Shown: positions 13,801-28,083, counted from the first letter of the whole stretch. The stretch is 62,079 nucleotides of DNA, filler included, from Choristocarpus tenellus KU-1152 (GCA_964200185.2; 11 parts of 11 records of this genome joined end to end with filler, not necessarily neighbours in it); one strand, 5' to 3'. Program-made: numbers and translations. Notes: generated by a model from the sequence alone, not told the origin.

Positions 13801-16800
13801 TCCAACTTATTAACGTTGTGATCAATGGGTTTTTATCTGTTTCACCTTGAACAGGTGCGCGCGATCGAATTGGCCTGTGCATCCCTGGAGAGGGGATACC
13901 GACCAACGATAACCTTTATTGTGGTGCAGAAACGACACCATACCCGACTGTTCCAGCCAAAGAGGTTAGACTTTTTATGTGAAGGGGTATGGGTTAGGTA
14001 TTGGGGTAGTTTTGTGAAATTGAGTGGGCAGGCCGTACTTGCTGTTCTAGTTTGAAAAGGTTGCTTTTGGTAAAAGTTACAAGTGGTTGGGTTATGTTAT
14101 ATCCTTGTTTTGGTTCCTGTTTTGCCTATAAACTAGGTGGGGGGGGGGGGTTAGAGTCAGAAAATGGGTGATGGTTTTGACTTGCAATATGTGTTTGAGA
14201 TAGAAATATAATCATTTGTAGTGACGTAGGGGAAGGTATATAATACTGTAATGCAGATAATGTAGCAAGTGGATAATGAATTCACCCCCTCCCCTGAACT
14301 CCTTTTCACCTTTCCCTTTCTTGGGTGTGTTTGTTATGATGCTGTGTGGGGGGGTGCAGGGACGACCAGGACCAATCTGGCAATGTAGCCCCTGGTACTG
14401 TGGTAGAAACGGGTATCTGCCATCCCATGGAGTGGGACTTCTACCTTATGTCACATGCAGGCCTGCAGGTAACGTTTGTAGTAGGGTTAAGTGAATCTCT
14501 TCCCCCCTCGTCCTTTCATTCAACATGTAGTCAGGTCTCCATGTGGCAGTATGGAAGGATCTATGATGGTCTAACTTGTGCTATTTTTGGGAAAATATGC
14601 ACATGACAAGGGTTATTCATGATACCAACACTCTTAGGAACACGTTTAAATTGTGAAAAATTCTGATTGCCAGTATCCAATGGTAGAGGCTCCAAACTAA
14701 ATTATTTTGTTGCATTCTTTGAATTATCTTTTCAACCAAGGGTCTGGGATCCCCAGGCTAATGAGATGAATAATAATGATAATACTAAGTTTATCAGCTA
14801 TATATTCCTTAGTGTGGTGGTGTGGTTCACATGAAGAATAGGTGAATGTTGTGGTGTATGAAATTGTTGCATTATTAGTTGCGAAGGATATTTTTCTAAT
14901 CTCTCTGTAACTTGTTTATTTTCATGCATTAATTTTGCATTTTTGCTCATGTACTAGCTGGTTATTTAATATTTTATGGAGTTGGGATTCTGAGTTTTAC
15001 TCTTCACTAGGTTTTCTGTTGGTGGAAGCATGTGGACTGAGCAATGCGGGTAAATGGCAACTGCGTGGTTGCTTTATGAAATCTTAATTTTTGGGGGGGA
15101 GGGGGCTATATTTGTGTGAGTTGACAGGGTTGTTATTTTCGTGAATCGAGATTATTCAGGCAAGAGTCAGTATTACAAGGTCATGTTATTTGATATTGTT
15201 GATCGTTGTTGTGGAGACTGATGTTGAAGTTTTTGGTCACGATTCTTGTTCACACAGTGGTACTTAGACTGTTTTGGCCTTCCTTGCTTTTACAGGTTAC
15301 TCCACTGATGGTGATACTGATGGTGATATTGTCTGTGTGCTTAAAAATATTAAGTTGAAGAGCTCTTGCAGTTCAGGATAAACATGATGAGTTGTGTTAT
15401 GTTCTGGTACAATACTCACAGAGACACCTGCCCCGTCACAGATGTTTTTTCAACTGCAGTATATACAACTTGATACTGATGAAAGTTTCCCCCCAAATGC
15501 ATGTACACTTTCAGGGTACCTCTCGGCCGGCGAAGTATCACGTTCTCTGGGATGGTAAGTTCCTTTTTTTTCCCACCCCCACTAACACATCAACACTTCA
15601 ACTTTTTTGTTGTGAAGTGGAGATGTGGATAATTTGTGTGCGTGTGTGTGTGTTATTTGTTTTTATTGATTAGAGTACTAAAATGTTTGGTGTTCAATGA
15701 CAAGTTTGCTGTAGCTGTGTTTTGTTTTGGTTGAAAAAGCCAAGTTAGTTTTTGTCTTCTTTTTTTTAGACACCTTCTTTGATAGAGTTGGAGACTAGAT
15801 TGAACACTTTTGTGCCCCCAGCATGCAATCAATCAGACACATCATACAACAGCGAATGGTTAACTGTTCATTGATGTTTCTTCAACTCTGATGGCACATC
15901 TTGTCCCTTATTCTCATTCCCCACTCTTTTACTCCTCCCCGACGATCCTCTTCATTGGCTTCACTTGATGTGTGACCTACAGAGAACAACTTCGACTCGG
16001 ACTCACTACAGCTCTTGTGCTACCAGTGAGTTCCCTCTTTCCCCAGTTGTGCTTTTCCTGCCTATATCTGTCCACCTCTCCCCTATAGTTTTCGTGCCAT
16101 GTTATTTTTCCATGTACTTAACGCACAATATTGTGTGGTAAGTAACATCAGTTTGTTCTAATGCGGGTGGTGGTAGCTCATGTTACCTGTAATTTTGTAT
16201 GTAGATGATAACTTGGTTTGATCATAATGCACTTAGGCTCAAATGATGGATGAAATATTAAATAGATGAGTATTATCAGTGTGAATTTATTGTGTTCTGC
16301 GCAGGTTAAAACATTTTTGGTGTTGTGTGTTGAATGGCGTAGCAATGCATGACAGATGTTAAATTGGTTGAATGACCCACACTAGAGCACTTGATTGACG
16401 TGGATCTTCTGGTGGTTCACGTTCAGTTGTCTGGGGTGTCTGTGAGTGAGCCTGAAGCTCCTTTTCTGTTCATCAAGCAACCTGTTTGAATCCTGTTTTT
16501 GCCTTGTGCTCCATGTTATTGCTTTCATCATAGCCTGTGCTTCATGTACTGCCGCTGCACCCGGAGTGTGTCCATCCCCCCTGCAGTGTATTATGCACAC
16601 TTGGTGGCCTTCAGGGCTCAATTCTTCATCAATGTAAGATCCTCCCCCCTCCCAACCTATCCACATCCAAATTTTATTTTTAGTTGCTTTATTTAGACTT
16701 GAGCTGATAGGGGAGGGGTTGAAATTGATGTATGATGGTAACGTTTTGAGGAATCTCACCTCTCAAGAGATTTTTTTGCAGTGACCCTAATGCCCTGATA

Positions 16801-17159
16801 CATCTGGAGCGCTACTTTGTCTTGAATGGAGAGATTCCTAGCTGTAGAGGCGTGTTTCCTGCTTTGCTCATGTGTGCAAACTGCCTCACAAGTGTGAGGT
16901 TGGCTGCACCTCTGGAGAGTGCAGTGGACTTTGTTGTCAGGATGGTATCACCTATCCTTGTTTGGCTATGGTAGCCAATACCACCACATGCATACTCACT
17001 GTGAACTCTTTTGTCCTTTGTATTTGACAGGCGGCAGATGACTCATCATCGGACTCGATGTCAGTCACGGGAGGTGGTGTTGATCTGAAGGAGATTGACT
17101 GGGCCAAGAGCTTCAGCGCTGTACATGACTCTCTTGCCAATGTCATGTACTTTGTTTGA
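4824..17159 (+). CDS. AGO: Argonaute (AGO clade), L1-PAZ-L2-MID-PIWI; 5' end lost at gap
   Basis: 19 phase-consistent exons: 4824-4883, 5179-5319, 5825-5941, 6648-6719, 7574-7697, 8167-8270, 8423-8554, 8921-8977, 9496-9617, 10284-10398, 10992-11117, 11999-12154, 12857-12985, 13855-13964, 14360-14468, 15515-15554, 15983-16025, 16534-16633, 17031-17159. Motifs [74 protein letters not shown] and C-terminal MYFV*. Confidence 0.97.
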
Positions 17160-19063
17160 GGTTTGCGAGACCCCTGTACTGTGAGCAGAGTGTTCTTTGA
17201 TATGTTCCACCTCTTACCAACCTTGGATGATACTGTTAGTCAGTAGGGAATCTAGAGGCAAAATGTTAGGGTTGCAATCTGGAGTTTTGTAGAGGCAGTT
17301 GGAAGCTCCAGGTGGCTTAGCGTTGTAGACATCACTGAGAGTGTGTCTGGTGTTGACACGGCTTTACTTGACAATTTTGGGGTGTTATTAAGAGCACAAG
17401 CCACATGATTTTGATAGGAACTTTGGCTTGAGGACATGAGGTGCAGGGGATATCAAGATTTGGGGTACTTATCTACATCTGGGTACTGATGTGCTCAAGA
17501 AAGAGAACCATCTGTAGGTAATGGTGCCAGTTTCCAAAAAATTATTTTAGTGAGAGGGAAAAGGTGCTAGGGGCTACCGAAGATGAGCTGTGCTTGTAGT
17601 AAGGTATGGAGGATTGACTCACTCATGGAGTGGTTGACCTCATTGGTCTAATGGATTTTGTGCTTGTGGATGGATGGGAAAGAGATGGGAGGAGAGGAGT
17701 TTTTCCATCATTCCTTGAGCTCAATTATCGACCAATCCGCTGTCTAGTCGGCATTAGATTTGTAAATTGCTTCACTCTTCTTGAGGTGGGTAGTGGGGGT
17801 TGTATGTGATTACTTCCTGTTCGTTGCTGGTTTGGCAGGTAGAGAATTTTCTTGCTTCTCGGGGGTGTCTCCTGTTCCTCTCTCCTGTTCACTCCTAATG
17901 GGATTATAGCTTTATATATGCAGGTATAATACAGTATTATCTATGTAGATTTTTTTCTTGCTTATCTTACACACATCATGCCATGCATCCAATTTGTTAT
18001 TGACAAGTACACACCTCAAGATGCTCATTGAATGTAAGGAATACTTAAGATTTGTTGCAATCTGCACATCGCCCTGCAATAGACTCTTGGGAATGTATCC
18101 TACAGGCATGCAGTATTGGTACATGTGATGTTATCTGGCTCTATGTTTTGATTTTGTAGATGATTTGGCAGCGCAAACATCTCTGGGTTTTTCGCACATG
18201 GGATGTGTTAATTAAATTCTTTAATTTGCAGGCAAAACTTGTAATATTATATATATGCATGTGAAAGTAGTGGTGCTTACCTCAGCAAACTTCAGCGCTT
18301 TTTTCTTATAGTTGAGGATTGACACACCCATGTGTGTGTATGTGATGGAACTTTCTGAATAGATCATGAGATGTATCCAGGACATAGTGTAACCTCTTAG
18401 AATCAATGCATGACGGTACTCATCTCTCTGTAGGCAGTAGTACATGAGCACATTGTCCACAACCTGAGGTCAGTCCTTGTCTGTGTCTACAAGGAAGGAA
18501 TTCTTAATGCAGTCATGTGTGAAAAGGCTGTCGTGACAAGGGCAAAATGATTGTATTTTTAATCCTATCACTACAATCAAAGTTGGCTGGGCTGACTGTG
18601 AGTACTTTACTGTCCAGTGAGATATCTTTGTGGGTTTTCTTTCGTAAACTGCAAGGCCAAGGCAGAGGTGGGTAGGATCATATTATTGCTAGCATTTATT
18701 GTGATATGTTTGAAGGTATGAAGAATCTGAGTTTTGTGGGTGGGAGAAATTAATTTTGATGGGTTGGTGAATGACTGGTGTGATGTGTGGAAGGGTGGAA
18801 GGAAATAGTATGATACACTACATCATAGTAACAGTGGTTGGAATTAATATTAGGACTGAGGAAGAACCATAGTTGCGGGAGACAATGGTGATTTTGAGCA
18901 ATCTTTCCCACCCATACACCCTCTTGGTTAGTCGCGTTTGAGAGGGATGATGGGGGGGNNNNNNNNNNNNNNNNNNNNNNNNNNNNNNNNNNNNNNNNNN
19001 NNTTAATTAATTAANNNNNNNNNNNNNNNNNNNNNNNNNNNNNNNNNNNNNNNNNNNNCGATC

Positions 19064-22000
19064 ATGGCGGCACTGGAGGGCGTAGACCAAAGTCATACGC
19101 CGCAGTTGCTTGTCCTCCTTGCCCTCACGATGCCCGGTGCGCACAATGGTCTCTTGCGTAGCAAGTGTGTATCGATATCGAAGCTGCTATTACAGCTGCT
19201 CAAATCCAATGGGGATGCGGAGGATGGGGGCTCTGTTTCTATTCTCCAGCGATCGCTCCGATGCATGGGTCATCTACTCGCTGCCCAGGGGACCAGTCCC
19301 ACTGTGTGGGCCAGCCCCGATCTCCTCCACAGCTTTCAAGCCTTATTACACTTCTTCGCCGACAGGCGCTCGAAGGTTCGGAAGGCTGCTCACGAAGCTG
19401 TGGTGACAATTCTGTCGGTCCATGGCAGTAGAAGTCAGGCGGGCAGCAAGGGTGGGAAAAGGTCGAGCACTGGCCCAGCACATTACGTTTTTGAATTTTG
19501 TACGACTGTCGTCACGTCGTGCACGAGTCAGGACGTGACACGAGCCCTGCATTTACTTCAGTTCATGCTTTTGGCGGTGCCTCTCTTTCCGCCCCATCAG
19601 GCGTCCCAGCTCTGTGACCTCATGCTTCGCCTCCTGGTGCTTGGTAGTCCTCCTCTCACGACTGGAGTGACGCAGGCTTTGAGTGCGGTCATCCAGAGCC
19701 CGAGCTTGTGCTTGACAGGTCCGTCCCTAACCAAGCTGGTGGATGAGCTGTTGAAGTTGCAGCCTATCCGTAGTGCAGGAGCTGGCGCCGTGTCTTTTGC
19801 GCCTCTGCTGGGGAGCTGCATGGTGCGGCTACAGGTGGGGACTATGCAACCAGCACCCTTGACTGTTGGGAAGGGTTAGTAGGAATCTGCGCAAGACAAG
19901 TTCTAATTTTGTACCAAATAGGCTGCATCTATCCATTGGTATTGAATTTCCGTATTGCTATAGGCCTTCTGTGATCTTTGTAAGGTCACAATGTCACATG
20001 ATACTTCTACGGACGTAAGATGTTGCGTTGAGCTCTTGGAACTAAACTGTGGCACAGGGTAAAACATTTACACGAAGACATTCTATCATTCCAATACATC
20101 ACCTCTGTCCACTTTCACCTTTCACTGCAAAAGAGGAACTTGATTTGGACACCAATGTGGAACCATGTAATGCTATAGCTGCTGTCACTGCAGTTGCCTT
20201 TTGAGAACATCATCAATTGTCATATTTGTGCATTTGCTCACCCCCCCCCCCCCCCCCCCCCTTCCCCCCCCCCTCCCCCCCCCCCCCCGCCCCCCCCCCC
20301 TCACGGGCTCTCTTGGCCCACTCCACTCAAGCGTTGGTGGGGTACTGTGAATCATCTTCGACAGCAGTCCATACCTCATCCTGTGGGGCACTCAACCTTA
20401 TGTTTCAAACCTGTGTTGACCAGACAATGGTTACAGAGATGGCAAGGATGCTGGGCCATGGGGCTTCGTTTTCTACAGAGGGTGGCTCGGCTCTGGGAGA
20501 CACCTTGGCAGCCCTGGAGACCCTACTCCAGTACCGTTTTCAGCAATCTTGGCCCCGGTCCCTCCCTCTCTTGGGGCGACTCTTTCTGCACCTGAGGGGG
20601 GCATCCTACCCTTTACTGGCTGGGGTTTTGCGAGGCATGGGTGACCTTCATGATGCATTGTCAAGTGTCCCATCGGCAGCCCTGCCTGGTGTGACCGCAG
20701 CCCTGAATGAGGCCATGGGTTTTGCCATTGAGGGTATGGGACCAGAAAGAGTCATCGGGCTGCTTCCCCTTGCCCCGCCCCTTCCTGCTGGATCCAATGT
20801 GGTGGGGGAGGGTGGAGTGTCAGAAGCGCGAGCATGGCTCCTCCCGTTGCTGACAGTCCATGCCAGGGCAGCCCCAACCCGACTAGCCTTCTTCCACAGC
20901 CATGTGCTGGCAATTGCTAAGCAGTGTGATGCTGCAGCACGATCTGGGCGCCTCACTGCCAATGAGGAGAAGACCCAGGGATTCAGGGTAGTACAACTAT
21001 GGGGCCTCCTCCCTGGGTTCTGTGCCATACCAACAGATGTTGCAGTTGCATTTGGTGCTCTTGCACCCGTCTTGGCAAATGCCATGCAGGACTCAAGGTA
21101 TCCCTCGATCCTGCCTATTGTTTGCTTGGGGTTGCAGACCCTGGTGACTGGGGTTCGGACCCGTGCTGAAGGGGTGGGGGTGGCGACTGTCGATGAGGGT
21201 GCAGAGGAGGATGCTGCTCGGCCTGCTAGTGTGGCAGATGCTGCCAGTGACCTTGAGGCACTGGTCAATACCTCCACAAGGTTCCTCCCAAAGATGTTCA
21301 AGCTGGTTGATCCAGGAGGGGCCCGAGGAGATGAGGGTGGAGCAGTTGCTTCTGTAGCAACGGCTGGGGGAAAGGTTTTCGCAGATAGTGGAGCAGAGGT
21401 GTCATTGACAGCTGATAAAATTACAGCAGTTTGTGATGCCGCAGGGGCTCTGGCTAGTATCGCGCCGCCCCAGTTCTTGACTTCATTGTTCAAGAAATTG
21501 ATCCAGAAGATTTTACAGGTAACGGAGAAGGCCAACACACCTTTGCCTGGAGTGGCGCCTTCCTCCGCAATGGATGAGGATGGTGAGACCGCTGAGGCTC
21601 AGAAGAGCAAGGATTCCAAGACAGACCTCTTCACAGTGAGTCGTCTTATCAAACTTTCAAAAGTAGGATTTTTTTTTTTGCCACTGTGTGCGATGTAGCC
21701 ACTCCACCCTACACGCTTTGTTTCTCCTTTTTTTAGTTCTTCCTCCACTCAGCAACATCTCACCCTTTGTTTTCTTGCTTGTGTATCCCCTCCCCAATGC
21801 TTTACGACATTTACCATCACCGGTGTACTAGAGAGCAGGATGCTGGTTGGTAGCATAACTTGTTTGCTTAGTTGTGTCCTTGTGTTGCTCGCCAATGACA
21901 AGATGCTACCGAAAGGACCTTGTTCTTGCAAATTCTCACCATCACAGCAATGCTCTTTGTTGTCCTCTTCCACCAGTTACCGTTGACCCCCGCCCCCCCA

Positions 22001-25000
22001 CCCCTCCACACCTACCAGAGGGCTCAAGTACTGCTGGAACTTGCTGCCAGTATGGCTTCAAGTGTGGACAATGAATGTGCTACTCTGCTGTACCGGGCTG
22101 CCAAGCCGCTGGTCCGAGACGACTCTTCCCCTCAGCTGCAGAAGAGGGCGTACAAGGTGAATGATGTAACATTTTCCGAGTATGTTGACTTCTTTTTTTG
22201 TGCTGTGTGTGAAGGTGTCTAAACAAGATCATTGTTGTTTTTACGGGTAATGGCAGAACCTGTTTAATTTCAAGCACCAGTACCAGTTTAGACCCAAGAG
22301 GTTGATAGTTGCTCTACACAATTGTTTTGTGGTGTGCATTACTGACTGCCATGTTCTTAGTGCACGTCATTGTGTGTGTGTGTGTGTGTGTGTTTTTAAG
22401 AGTCTAGAAAAAAATGTACACGACCATGTGGTGTCAAGTGCTACATTTTCTACTTGAGCTCTTTGAAGTTTCCAGATACATCTTTGTGTTACTGTTTTTT
22501 GTTTCTTGAGTCTGGTGTGTATGTGTGGCTTACAGACTATGGGTGACCTTGCTATTGTGTTACTTCCTGAGCTCGTTGATTTGAATTTTTATGAAGTATA
22601 TGTTTACAGAGTCAATCTTCTTGTGCTCAGAACTGCACAGTGCCACCCCAAGCAGCCTGTACACTACTAATATATCAGTATCTCTTAGAAGGAAATACTA
22701 TTTTTTAAACACATAATCCTCTAGCAGCACTGTTTTGTTCAACATTTGTAGACTCTGCTCTTGTCTGAAGAGGTGACTATGCACAGACCCATTTTGCAAA
22801 GGATAGAGCAATTCCGCCCATCATCCACACCTCTACCACTAACAAATGTCAGCCTTTTTTTATTGAAACCTGGCCCCTGATCCCCTTGTCCCTACTCTAC
22901 CTTTGTTTCCTTAGGTACTGCTGGCCCTTTGCCTACACCGCCCGGGCTTCATGATATCCTCAGAGCGCTTGCCAGATGTCCTTGACCTCTTCACATCCTC
23001 ACTCCTGACATGCCATGTATCAGCACGTCAAATGCGTCTGCAGTGTTTGACACACCTCGTGAAGACCTTTGGAAGGGGAAACACAGTTCACCAAGATTGT
23101 ATCCAACCGCTGATCTTGGAGGTCATCCTTTGTACCAAGGACTCGAATGGACGAACAAGGGATCTGGCTTATGGCTTGCTGGTTCAGTTGGCGAAGGCCG
23201 GGGGGGACCCTTCAAAAGCTGTTCGGATTGTTGTAGGCGCACTGGCAGGGGCGACTCCTCATGGGAGATCTGCGGCAGTGATGGCTCTGGGGCGACTGCA
23301 GCTCGAGTTCGGTCACTTCCGGGCCGAGTCCTGGGATATGAGGGTGGTGTCAATGACCCCTGATCTGATCCAAACAATGTTGGTGCTGCTGAAGGAACCA
23401 TCGAGGGAAGTTGCTAAGGCGGTGCTTGGGTGGCTTCGAGTGGGGGTGGGTGGCGCAGACCGTGAGGCCTTGCGTCCCTTGTTGGGGGAGTTGGTGGTGG
23501 GGGTCATGACAGGCACGACACCAAGACACAAGGTATGTATATTTATTTGAAGTTTCTTACTTGATGATGACATTGGGGTTTGGGGAGGTGGGGGGGTGGG
23601 TGAGTGGAGGGTTTGATGAGTTTGTTGTGGATGAACTGCACTTCCCCCCCCCCTTGTCTCACTGGTTGAATGTGGTGCTTAGCTTTTGGATAATGCATAG
23701 GGATGGAAGGCTTTCATTTGGCTGTATCTCTCTGTGCGCGAGCCAGCTCTCCTTGACTTACCCTTAGAAGCACCTTTGTCCAATATACTGCATTCTTGCT
23801 GCCCTGCACCTGATTGTACTGGCCACTCTGGACTCTTCTTGCCCAGGATCACTTCCGAGCCAAGATCCGTGTTGTGCTTTCAAAGCTGTGCCGAAAGTTT
23901 GGCTTTGAGGAAATCAAGGAGCTCATGCCGGAGGATGATAAGAAGCTCGTGGCACATATGCAACTTGTTGCAGATAGAGAGCTTAAGGCCAAAAGGCTTC
24001 GCCTGGGACTGGCCGGTCGTGTGGAGAATGAACAGGGGAACGGGGGGGTGGGAAGGGCTGACTCTGGTCACTCTCGCTCATTTGATGCCATTATGGAAGG
24101 TGAGAGGAGAGGAGTGGGGACATGGGCTCAATTTTTGCTGTGAAGAGTTGTTGAGGGGAATAGATGATGACGGAAGGAGGTGTACCTAGTAGTCCCTTCA
24201 GTGCTATGGTTAGAGGTTAGGTGGTTTTATTGTGGGTGATGCGAAGAATGATATTTTAAGAGGAAAATGGATTGACCAGGGTGGAGAGGAAGGGGTAGGC
24301 ATGATGCTTTGCGTGATTCACTATTCTTTCAAGTCATTTGGAGGAGTTATTATTTGCTGGTGTCCTGTGTGTGTGTGGTTGGGCTGCCGTGTTTTGATAT
24401 GGAATCGTTATTTTGTCCGAGCATGATTCTTTTGGTTGAGGGGATGTGTGCTGTACGAATGATACTCCAAGGATGGGTATCAGCGCCTATGTATGCCCCC
24501 TCCCCCTTTATCCCTGTTATACAGACAAAACCCCACTTGAACCTATGATCACCCGCACTGACCTTAACCATTGTGCTTTGCACTCCTTCCCTCTTGCCCC
24601 TGTCTTTGTGTGCCCCAGATTCAGACGATGAAGATGGCTGGGACTCAGATGATGATGACACTCAAGGACGATCTTTGAGGCAAAGGGGAGCTGGGGGCAA
24701 GGGTGTTGACAGGGGAAGTGGCGAGGCAGAGGGGGAGATGATGGTCCGGGAGTATGGGGAGGATGGGACAAGTGTTGTGGATCTCTTAGACTCTTCGATG
24801 GTGAGGAACATGCGAGTTTCTAAGCGAGGAGGTGCTCGAGATGACAGTGACTCGGATGGGGATGATGGGATTGAATTGGCCACCCGCGATGGGAAGCTGG
24901 TCATTCCTGGTGGTGACTCAAGTGACAGCGATGGCAGTGATGGTGGTGGTGAGGTTGGTAGAGGGAGTGGAGGGGTCCATCGTCAGAAGAAACGAGGTCG

Positions 25001-25502
25001 TGATGACGATGACAGTGAAGACGAGGATAGAAGGGGAGGGGAAGGTGGCGGCAGGGGTGGCCTTGAGACAGAGAACGGTTTTGTGCACATGGCTGGAAGG
25101 AGGGCTATGCATGCTGCGTCCAAGGGTGGAATGACATCAGGACCGCGACAGGGGGGTCAGGGTGGTGCAGGACGAGCAGTGGGACAAGGACGGGGTGCTG
25201 GGAATGGAGGACAGGGTGAGCGCGGGGGCTCTCGTCGTACTGCAGGGAGCAAGAAGCAGAAGGTGGCACGAACTGGTCGTGGTGTTGTTTCTGGGGCGGA
25301 GTTCCGCTCAACGAAGGCGGGGGGTGATGTGATGCGCAAGGGGGCCAAGCTGGAGCCGTATGCTTACATACCGCTGGATGGACGAACATTGACTGGGAAG
25401 AGATCTGGGGGCGAGGCACTCAAGCAGTACAGTGCTGTGGTTGGTGGGGTGGGTCGGGGGAAGAACAAGAAGGGCCGCCAGCGAAGGGGCCAGAAGAAGT
25501 GA
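19064..25502 (+). CDS. RRP12: RRP12-like HEAT-repeat ribosome biogenesis protein (NUC173 domain), 5' truncated at gap
   Basis: Exons ~19064-19834, ~20301-21635, 22019-22156, 22915-23532, 23847-24099, 24619-25502. Motifs RSKVRKAA, RAWLLPLL, QLWGLLPGFC, LQKRAYKVL, EVILCTKD, RKFGFEEI and C-terminal GAEFRSTKAGGDV..KLEPYAYIPLD. Confidence 0.92.
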
Positions 25503-27175
25503 ATTTGTGGTGGAGTAGGATAGGGTTGTGGGGGGTTGTGAAGTGACCAGTTTGGTGGGGTTCTTGTTCTTGTGTAGCGTGGTGGATTTTTAGAGTTGGT
25601 AAGAAAGTGTGTGTTGTGTGAGATAGGGTAGGGACCAGGTCTTATTAAGATGCCCTGCTATGCTCTGACGCCCCTTGAGAATTTGCTGGATGTTGACTGT
25701 AACTGACGAGCACCGTGTGGGTTTCTCGGTGTGTCAGTAGTTAAAGGGAGGTGTCGGATCATGCTTGGCAACCTCTGTGGCTCATGGACTGCTTCACTTG
25801 CTCCAACGCACTCATAGCCATGCCTGCTTTGTTTATGGTTTTGCTGATTATTACTGTTACATAATAGTAATAGTAATAGTAGTTACACAGTGTTTTGTTT
25901 ATTTGTAGGTGGTGACTGATTGAATGTGCTGGAGTTGATGCATGCCCTTTGATGAAAGTATGTGCTGCGGGGTTTTGTCTTGGTGAAGGATAATGCGTTT
26001 TCTATTACAAGTTGAACCAACCCTTTCCGATGGTCGCTGCCACAGTCAAGGGTGTGACTGGTGATCAAATTTATTCTTTACTTTGCGGAGAAGGGTAATT
26101 TAACATTTGGGTAACATTCATATCCTGCAGTTGCTGCACTTGATTCTGTTACATATTGTGCTTTGAAGTTGAAGTGCAGCAAGGTCAAGCATGCAACACT
26201 ATTGAGTTCTATCACAGTGAAGGGCATGGATATTAGAGGTTCCTTGCCTACAGGTGAGATATAGTCAGTCACTCAAGGCTGGGGTGTGTTTGGTTGACAA
26301 GGGTATGTTGAATCTAGCGATTCATGTTGGCTCCTTCCAGCATATTTTTCAACGTTGAGGAAAGTGCTCTCTACCAAAGTCACCTGAAAGTTTCACAAGG
26401 TGTTTTGAGTGAACCTGGTCTGGGTATGATAAACAATCACGGCACTTGTTGTTTGGTGTGGAAGTGATTATGTATTTTAGTTCCTTGTGTCTACTGTCCT
26501 ACTGTTTCTGAGTGGTTTGGGTTTATCTGCTGTAGTTAGTCTTATGTGTTAGAGGTACTGATAAATACAAGATTGAGAAATAGAGACTCTACCCCTAGTA
26601 CCCACAAAGCATGAACTATATTTTGATCAACCACGCAGGTAGAAGAAATCTGACTCTGTTTGCCTGGTCGACTTGTAACTACTGCTGTTTTATTATATAT
26701 ACATAGCTTTTAGCTCACCATTCAGGTCATGACAACGGTAAATATAGCCACCATACAACATAAAGTTTGAAGCATAGTACACAGCAGCTGGTCACCATGC
26801 ATCCATGCCCTGCTGTTTTTGGTTGTGGGGTTATTTTTGTGATAGGTGGTAGCAAAGTGGAGGCACCCTATGGTAGACAGCTTTGCTGTGACATACAGGT
26901 TGACTCATAAGAATCTGCCCCCCATTCCTGGTTCTGCCTCCCTTATGAACAAGCATATAATGCGCAAGCTTGTCTTTGCTTTGTTGTCCAAGCTAGTGCG
27001 AAGCTCATCCTGGATCCACCCCTTTCTCCAATGCAATGTATCTTGCAAAAAGGTGGTGGATTTGTGTTGTTCAGTTGTGGTGAGTGACATCATCGATTTG
27101 TTAATAGGAGGCATACATATTTTAATAGTTAACATTTGAATACGTTGTTTTGTAGATAACCTTTCATGAATAGGG

Positions 27176-27399
27176 TGTGGGTGTAACCAAAATCCAATGT
27201 TGCAATTTTGATGTATTTTGACTTATCATTTTTGTTAGGATGTCAATATCCTTGTCTGGACACTGCGTTTCATAACGTATACATTTTACCTACTCCAAAA
27301 TGTTGTGGAGTAGGTAAAATGTCATTAAAAACCCTTGGGAAGCCAAGCCCCAAATGGACAAACAGGGCAACAATCGTACCCTCTAAGATACTTTCACTC
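27176..27399. mobile_element. MITE family B, partial copy
   Basis: Inverted copy of 41254-41470. Ends in AGATACTTTCACTC and has an internal 17-bp hairpin at 27281-27322. Confidence 0.75.
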
Positions 27400-28039
27400 T
27401 TTGTATCATAGCGGTTCAATTAGTTGAGGAATAGCCAAGACCATAAACACCACCTTCTAATCAGCCAGTCACTACTACTGTATTGGAAGTATGAAAGCCG
27501 GGAAGGAGGTTGGTACCCATGGACTACAGCGCAAATATATGGCGGTTGGTGTGTGAGTGTGTGAAGTACAATCATATGTACGAAATACTACATACGTAGT
27601 GTATGTATTTTTTCTAATATGTTTTTTTGTTTACTTCGTTACGCTTCCAGTAGCAGCATACACTACATAATACTTAATGTGGTTTGTGTGTAGCCTGACC
27701 TGAAGTGATTTTCGTTCAGCTAGTTCAGTCTGAGAGTTGGACCAGTCAGCTTGACAGCTGTGTCTGAGAAATGGACAAATATATTGTAACCAGGGGGAAG
27801 GAGTGCAGCTAGCTGCAGATGAATCCTGGCAATAACAGGGGATTTTAAAAATTGAGGATGGAGCGTACTATTGAGGANNNNNNNNNNNNNNNNNNNNNNN
27901 NNNNNNNNNNNNNNNNNNNNNTTAATTAATTAANNNNNNNNNNNNNNNNNNNNNNNNNNNNNNNNNNNNNNNNNNNNTGTGTTTGGTGGGGTGGTGGAGG
28001 ATCATCACATTCTGTCTGTTTATGTGTAAGAAGTTTGTG

Positions 28040-28041
<2 letters not shown>

Positions 28042-28083
<42 letters not shown>

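Noticed and set aside
20648-21538. 296-aa antisense ORF
   Set aside because: Shadow of the GC-rich RRP12 exon on the opposite strand.
4824-25502. Argonaute-associated defence operon or AGO-RRP12 linkage
   Set aside because: This is a spliced eukaryotic AGO separated from its neighbours by artificial linkers.
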